A stretch of 38,725 nt of DNA from a virus. Lineage: Duplodnaviria > Caudoviricetes. Location of the stretch: IMG/VR virus record IMGVR_UViG_3300032212_000068, positions 1 to 38,725 of that record; one strand, given 5' to 3'. Below are positions 34,417-38,725 of this stretch, piece after piece (within the stretch, counting starts at the first letter, position 1; each line of letters begins with the position of its first letter). The notes beneath the pieces were generated by a model. The model was not told the origin of the DNA and made no database searches. It saw nothing but the letters and a program-made list of their open reading frames with translations. The translations under genes were made by a program, and so were the position numbers.

Positions 34417-36232
34417 ATTGACCCTCTAAAGCTTTCCACCAATTATCACCTGCCCCAGATAAATCCACCTTTAACGGGACCCTTAATATGGGGCGTTCTA
34501 ACTCCTGCCTTACTCTTTCATAATGAGGCTTCCAATCCTCATCTATTGACATGCTATAACTGTCGTGCGTGTTTAGTAGTAAATCACCGTCATTGCCTAA
34601 CGTTTCTTCAATAATGGACCAGTTTTCTTTGTTAATATCTGCAGCAGTAGCCTGAATAAGGAGGCCCGACGCTTTGTAAGATTTGTACCCATGTGGAAAC
34701 CTCAATCTTCGTCCAGTGTAAGTGAAAATATAACCGCGTTTCTCGGCTTTGTCCTTGCATCCTTTTGCCAAGTCCTTGACTCCAGGTATTCTACGATGAT
34801 ACTTGGCTATGACAGCCTCTGCTTCTGGGCCAGCTTTTTTATACGTTATTTCTTTGCCATCTCTAGTTGTAAACTCCTCCCAATCCCACGGCATGCCCAT
34901 TTTATCGGCTATCGCCCCATTGCCAGAATTAAAAATCATGGACAGATTAAGCTGCTTTGCGTTGGGTTCTCCGGAATAAGTAGCATTACGGTTGAGACTA
35001 GTAAGGTCAGCGACAAACTGATGTAAATCAAGGTCCGGATCATTTTCATAAGCGTTTATAATCTCTCTGTTATTGATTAGGTGCGCGAACACTCGCACTT
35101 CGAAAGAAGCCATGTCTGCATCGACCCAGATTTGTCCTTCATTTGGAAGGAAACACGGCTTAACAATGGCGGCCACTTTTTTATTTCTGCTGGGGATTTG
35201 TTGAAGGGCTGGGTTTTGAATAGAAAGCCTTCCCGTTCCAGTTCCTCCATCTTCTCCTTTACTTTGGTTAATGGTGGGATATACACGTCCCCCATGAGCA
35301 TGTCCAATAACATGTCCCTGTAAAAATGTATCTCTAGTTTTGATAAGGCTTCTAATGTCAAGAATAAGTTCTGCCGCCGGATGGCGCATTTCCCGCAAGT
35401 ATTCTGCCTTAAAAGATGGACCACCGCTGCCCGTAGTTCCGACGGTTGTTCCGTCGTTAGCTCTCCAGATGCCATCTTTGACCTCCTCTGGCTCAAATAA
35501 CTTTTTAATTTGGGGACCAGAATTAGAGTTAAACTCCCAGCCCGCTATTTTATCTAATTTTTTCTGTGACTCTTTAATCAACGGCGTTATCTTATGTATT
35601 GCTTCTTCTGCGTAGTCAAGATCTACCCTTATGCCACGCATCTCAGCCCGTATGAAGGTCGGCATCTTATGGCGTTCGAATCTACAAATGTCTTCGATTC
35701 CTTGTCTCTCTATTTCATTTTGTTGCCATTCCCATAGCCTCAGTACCAACAATGAATCTTCTTCACAATAAGGGCCAACTATTTCAGGCGGAGCCTCAGC
35801 AAGATGCTTCATTTGTACATTTCTTGTGGCTAGACCTCCAAATATCTCGGCCAAATCCTGATAGATAGACGTGACTTTGCCCTTTCCAATGTACTTCTGG
35901 CCCAAATCCTCAAGCGAAAATGACCTTTCATGTTCATTGATCTGCGTAGCGCGAACGACCGTATCGTCCAAATTACTAAGCGGGAGTATGATTCCAGCAC
36001 TGTGAGACATACGATAATCAAAAGAAGCATTGTGGCATATAATGATACCACGGTAAGAATGCACCTGACGATTGAATATGTCAATTGCTTTGGGGTCACG
36101 TCGTACGTCAAAATATTCTGTCCTCCCGTCTGGGGTTGCGATTCCAAAGCTAAAAGCTTTGTCTGTTGGATATATTAGCCCTGTTGTTTCCGTATCATAT
36201 CCAAAATACGGATACCGGCTCAGATCAATCAT
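34406..36232 (-). CDS. dpoZ: Family A DNA polymerase with 3'-5' exonuclease, DpoZ type
   Basis: Exo DTETTG, HNASFD and YCEED; TGRLS..NPALQQIP; motif A DMASFE; motif B KQLNLSMIF; ASGLLIQ; motif C HDS. Confidence 0.9.
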   Translation of the reverse strand: MIDLSRYPYFGYDTETTGLIYPTDKAFSFGIATPDGRTEYFDVRRDPKAIDIFNRQVHSYRGIIICHNASFDYRMSHSAGIILPLSNLDDTVVRATQINEHERSFSLEDLGQKYIGKGKVTSIYQDLAEIFGGLATRNVQMKHLAEAPPEIVGPYCEEDSLLVLRLWEWQQNEIERQGIEDICRFERHKMPTFIRAEMRGIRVDLDYAEEAIHKITPLIKESQKKLDKIAGWEFNSNSGPQIKKLFEPEEVKDGIWRANDGTTVGTTGSGGPSFKAEYLREMRHPAAELILDIRSLIKTRDTFLQGHVIGHAHGGRVYPTINQSKGEDGGTGTGRLSIQNPALQQIPSRNKKVAAIVKPCFLPNEGQIWVDADMASFEVRVFAHLINNREIINAYENDPDLDLHQFVADLTSLNRNATYSGEPNAKQLNLSMIFNSGNGAIADKMGMPWDWEEFTTRDGKEITYKKAGPEAEAVIAKYHRRIPGVKDLAKGCKDKAEKRGYIFTYTGRRLRFPHGYKSYKASGLLIQATAADINKENWSIIEETLGNDGDLLLNTHDSYSMSIDEDWKPHYERVRQELERPILRVPLKVDLSGAGDNWWKALEGQYGT

Positions 36233-36502
36233 TTAAAATGGAACGTCTTCGTCTGTGCTTCCGTCACTCATGTTGCCAGCGGGCGCTTGTTCCTGTTTTG
36301 GTTTTAGTTCACCCAGAGCCAATTTCATAAATTTATCACCTCCTGATTTGGGCGTATTTATCCAAGCGGATAGCCAATACTCATCTACTTCTCCATTTTC
36401 GCCTTCGGCATACCATGTACCAGTGTAGTCAGGATGGTTTTCAGTTTTCTTGTTTCTGTTTTTGAACAATACCCCGGTATCGGGTTTATTTTCGTACGGC
36501 AT
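36233..36502 (-). CDS. Small putative ssDNA-binding protein with acidic DVPF tail
   Basis: GVLFKN..K....HPDYTG...LSAW; SSB-like C-terminus DEDVPF. Confidence 0.65.
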   Translation of the reverse strand: MPYENKPDTGVLFKNRNKKTENHPDYTGTWYAEGENGEVDEYWLSAWINTPKSGGDKFMKLALGELKPKQEQAPAGNMSDGSTDEDVPF

Positions 36503-36521
36503 TTTTATTCTCCTAAAGGGT

Positions 36522-36535
36522 GCACGTCCTTGTGC
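36522..36535 (-). promoter_or_regulatory. CsrA/RsmA-type GGA hairpin upstream of the SD
   Basis: Minus strand GCAC-AAGGAC-GTGC, followed by TTTAGGAGA SD. Confidence 0.5.
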
Positions 36536-36549
36536 TGGTGGGAGGTGGA

Positions 36550-37293
36550 TTAGTACTCTTCTACTTCATCAGCAGCATTGCCAGTAACAGGCGCTTCTTC
36601 ATACTTAACCTTACGGTCAGACAAAGAGATTGACTCGTACATTTTCTCGCCGTGACGATATAGTGGCTCAGGCGCGTAACCCAGGGCCGCTACTTTTAGA
36701 TTAAAGTAATCTTGACCTTCTTTGTTTTGGTCCTCTGTGGCTGAAATCTTATAGACTCGGCTGAATCGGTCGCCGCCTGCCATCTTAACAAGAGTGTTAA
36801 GCTGACGACTAACTTTAGCTTTTGACTTGGCCATTGAGATGCAGATTTCTTCTACGTCGTTTTCATCACTGAAAATCAAACCGAAGTGGTTGCCAGTGTC
36901 AACGATTTCATAGTCTCCATCATAGCCTTTTTCTGAAAACTCGGTCGCTGCTTCAAGTTCAGTGTCAAATGAACCCATGAAACCGCCGCCTTTGTTCTGT
37001 TTCTTCCAGATTAACCATTCTTTGCGATAGTAGACAGGCACAAAGTAGATAGATTCACCATAAAGCTGACCGGTTACAGTATTAAATAGCATGCCTTCTT
37101 CAGCACCTTCAATATAAGCCGGGTCATTCTTTTTTCTTTGCGGGGATAGTGACTGTAATACATCCAGTCTGGGTATGGTTAAATCTTCCATGCCTACATT
37201 TTCTTGGCCACGTACTTCATCGCCAAGGTAATCAGGCCGTACGTCACTGATTTCCATTTCATTACTTGATTTCTTACTCATTGTTTTTGCCAT
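36550..37293 (-). CDS. Putative ssDNA-binding / replication accessory protein
   Basis: DLTIPRL..LQSLSPQ, GAEEG..FNTVTG; acidic C-tail; upstream of the polymerase. Confidence 0.6.
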   Translation of the reverse strand: MAKTMSKKSSNEMEISDVRPDYLGDEVRGQENVGMEDLTIPRLDVLQSLSPQRKKNDPAYIEGAEEGMLFNTVTGQLYGESIYFVPVYYRKEWLIWKKQNKGGGFMGSFDTELEAATEFSEKGYDGDYEIVDTGNHFGLIFSDENDVEEICISMAKSKAKVSRQLNTLVKMAGGDRFSRVYKISATEDQNKEGQDYFNLKVAALGYAPEPLYRHGEKMYESISLSDRKVKYEEAPVTGNAADEVEEY

Positions 37294-37400
37294 TTTATTT
37301 CTCCATTCATGATTTTAAGTTGTACGGGGCCTCTCACCCCTGCTCGCCAATAAGTGTCAGTACCGGTAACTGGCCCAGGATTATTAAGGCTCTGGGCTAC

Positions 37401-37823
37401 CTAAGTTTTAGTCAACGTCGCCATGGTGAACGGCGTTACACTAAAAAATTCGTCTGGTAATTCTACACCTTCGCTTATTTGTTCTTTACAAAACGCTTTA
37501 AGGGTGGAGGCATTAACAGTAGGCTTGATAAGGTCTTCATGCCCTTCTGATACTAGCCATTCATACGCTTGTTCTTTATGGTCGGCCTTGATGGATGCGT
37601 ACATCTCAGCCCTGAGGCTAATACGGCCAACGCCTGTTACTTTTACATTATCGAATCCAGTTTCTTCCATCTTCTCCGGTAGGACTTCTTTACGTAGAAT
37701 ATCAAATTCTTTCTGTACTGCTGAGGTAGAAGCTTTTAAAAGATCTAATTCTTCTTTATAAGACTTAAACAACTGTGCCAACTCTGTGACATTCATCTCA
37801 TTCATCATTTCGCGAGTTATCAT
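37401..37823 (-). CDS. Conserved phage replication-module protein
   Basis: Coiled-coil N-terminus, LPEKM, AYEWL...GH.DLIK.TVNASTLKAF; AGGAG SD. Confidence 0.7.
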   Translation of the reverse strand: MITREMMNEMNVTELAQLFKSYKEELDLLKASTSAVQKEFDILRKEVLPEKMEETGFDNVKVTGVGRISLRAEMYASIKADHKEQAYEWLVSEGHEDLIKPTVNASTLKAFCKEQISEGVELPDEFFSVTPFTMATLTKT

Positions 37824-37847
37824 TACTTTCTCCTAGTATGTGCATCT

Positions 37848-37876
37848 ATTATACCACAGTCGATGCCCTCTGTCAA
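37848..37876 (-). promoter_or_regulatory. Perfect-consensus sigma70 promoter driving the replication/Z operon
   Basis: Minus strand TTGACA-17 nt (ending TGTGG)-TATAAT. Confidence 0.92.
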
Positions 37877-38025
37877 GGGGCAGTTTGTAGATCAGGTGAT
37901 CTAATAAAGTGTGGGCCACGCTATCCGGAGCTAAACTCAATAATTGAGATAGCCGCCCACTGTCGGGGTTTTTGCGCTTATGAGAACAGGCACTCGCCGA
38001 CTAATCCTAGCCAATGGTGGCCAGC

Positions 38026-38400
38026 CTATTTAACTTTCCATCTATGTTCTATTTTGAATCCAATTAAATCGAGCCCTTCATCCTTAGCGCTTAAATCAGA
38101 AGTATGCTGTATGTACGTCACAAGAGTACCGTTTTCCCAGATTCCATGTCGATACCCTATTTCTAATTGGCCAAAATTATTACCAATTTCTTCGAAATTT
38201 TCTGAAAAACTACAGTTCTTTTTCTTGTGATATGAGCCACCACAGTGTTCATCGTATGTGCCGGAACTAGTTTTAAAATCAGAATTAATTTTATATGCTA
38301 ATCCTCCGCTGATATATAATTCATCTGCTGCTAATTCTCCGACTATCGATGAAGCTGCTATAAATACTGCTATTGCTAACATTACTTGCCATACTTTCAT
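38026..38400 (-). CDS. Secreted, probable outer-membrane beta-barrel protein (start re-assigned to ATG 38400)
   Basis: Signal peptide MKVWQVMLAIAVFIAASS; alternating strands LYISGGLAY, QLEIGYRH, TYIQHTS, IGFKIEHRW. Confidence 0.6.
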   Translation of the reverse strand: MKVWQVMLAIAVFIAASSIVGELAADELYISGGLAYKINSDFKTSSGTYDEHCGGSYHKKKNCSFSENFEEIGNNFGQLEIGYRHGIWENGTLVTYIQHTSDLSAKDEGLDLIGFKIEHRWKVK

Positions 38401-38439
38401 TTTACTTTCCTCTTGTTGGTTAAACTGTATTTGTTGCAC

Positions 38440-38625
38440 TTAAAAAGTATTAGGAAACCGTTCTAAATGTTCCTCAAACGTAGGAACCGGCACACCCGAT
38501 GCGGCTAAGGCGTTCCTTGTGGTAGGTCGTCCTAGTTCACAATCTCTTGAACCATGCGGGCTGGTTGAGTTGCGAGGTAAGTTCCAGTACTTCCATTTGG
38601 CTATTTGGTATTGTTTGTCTGTCAT
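38440..38625 (-). CDS. Hypothetical protein crossing the circular junction
   Basis: AGGAG SD just after the SNF2 stop; the start lies within the terminal overlap. Confidence 0.7.
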   Translation of the reverse strand: MTDKQYQIAKWKYWNLPRNSTSPHGSRDCELGRPTTRNALAASGVPVPTFEEHLERFPNTF

Positions 38626-38725
38626 GTTAGTTCTCCTGTTATACTTGCCCTTTCTTAATTTCGCTGATCACGTACTCTGCTATGTCTTGTTTATAACGCA
38701 ACGCATCAACTATCTGCTTATCAAT
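38599..38725. repeat. Second copy of the 127-bp terminal overlap
   Basis: Identical to 1-127. Confidence 0.95.

Noticed and set aside
37880-38025. Structured RNA or the 130-aa + strand ORF upstream of the replication promoter
   Set aside because: Only short weak stems; the ORF is antisense to a better-supported gene and spans the promoter
38599-38725. Terminal direct repeat as a biological DTR
   Set aside because: It is exactly 127 bp, cuts through coding sequence and matches an assembler k-mer overlap; it indicates circularity, not physical ends
1-38725. Avoidance of GC-only restriction sites, which Z cannot protect
   Set aside because: GGCC, CCGG and GCGC occur often by eye; no depletion can be claimed without counting
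1-38725. tRNA genes, integrase, repressor cassette, introns or inteins, alternative genetic code
   Set aside because: None recognisable; core genes are intact, of normal length and tile tightly in the standard code

Overview
This window is a complete, circularly assembled lytic phage genome of 38,598 bp; bases 1-127 recur at 38599-38725 as an assembly overlap. It has two divergent arms. The + arm (about 5.5-29.7 kb) carries a podovirus packaging, lysis and virion module: TerS, M15 endolysin and holins, TerL, T7 gp8-type portal, scaffold, capsid, accessory structural proteins, tail adaptor and nozzle, GNAT, four ejection-type proteins and a T7-type tail fibre. The - arm carries early and replication genes, including a full 2-aminoadenine (Z) genome toolkit: PurZ (GSTGKG and NFxN signatures), MazZ-like pyrophosphatase, DatZ-like HD dATPase and a DpoZ-type family A polymerase. 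It also encodes a PrimPol-helicase, VRR-NUC nuclease, SNF2 helicase and a ParB-HTH protein. No integrase or phage RNA polymerase is visible; five near-consensus sigma70 promoters with extended -10 elements were found. The architecture resembles vibriophage phiVC8-like Z-phages, so the Z pathway itself is known. Less explained features are: a GC-rich, dyad-symmetric GGAC/GTCC array centred on GGTACGTACC (about 4230-4680); the same GTACGTAC core in two other GC islands, one inside purZ; two paralogues of an uncharacterised charged protein; structured RNA leaders before the capsid and SSB-like genes; and a PagL-like outer-membrane protein. All calls rest on visual motif recognition; no database searches were run.
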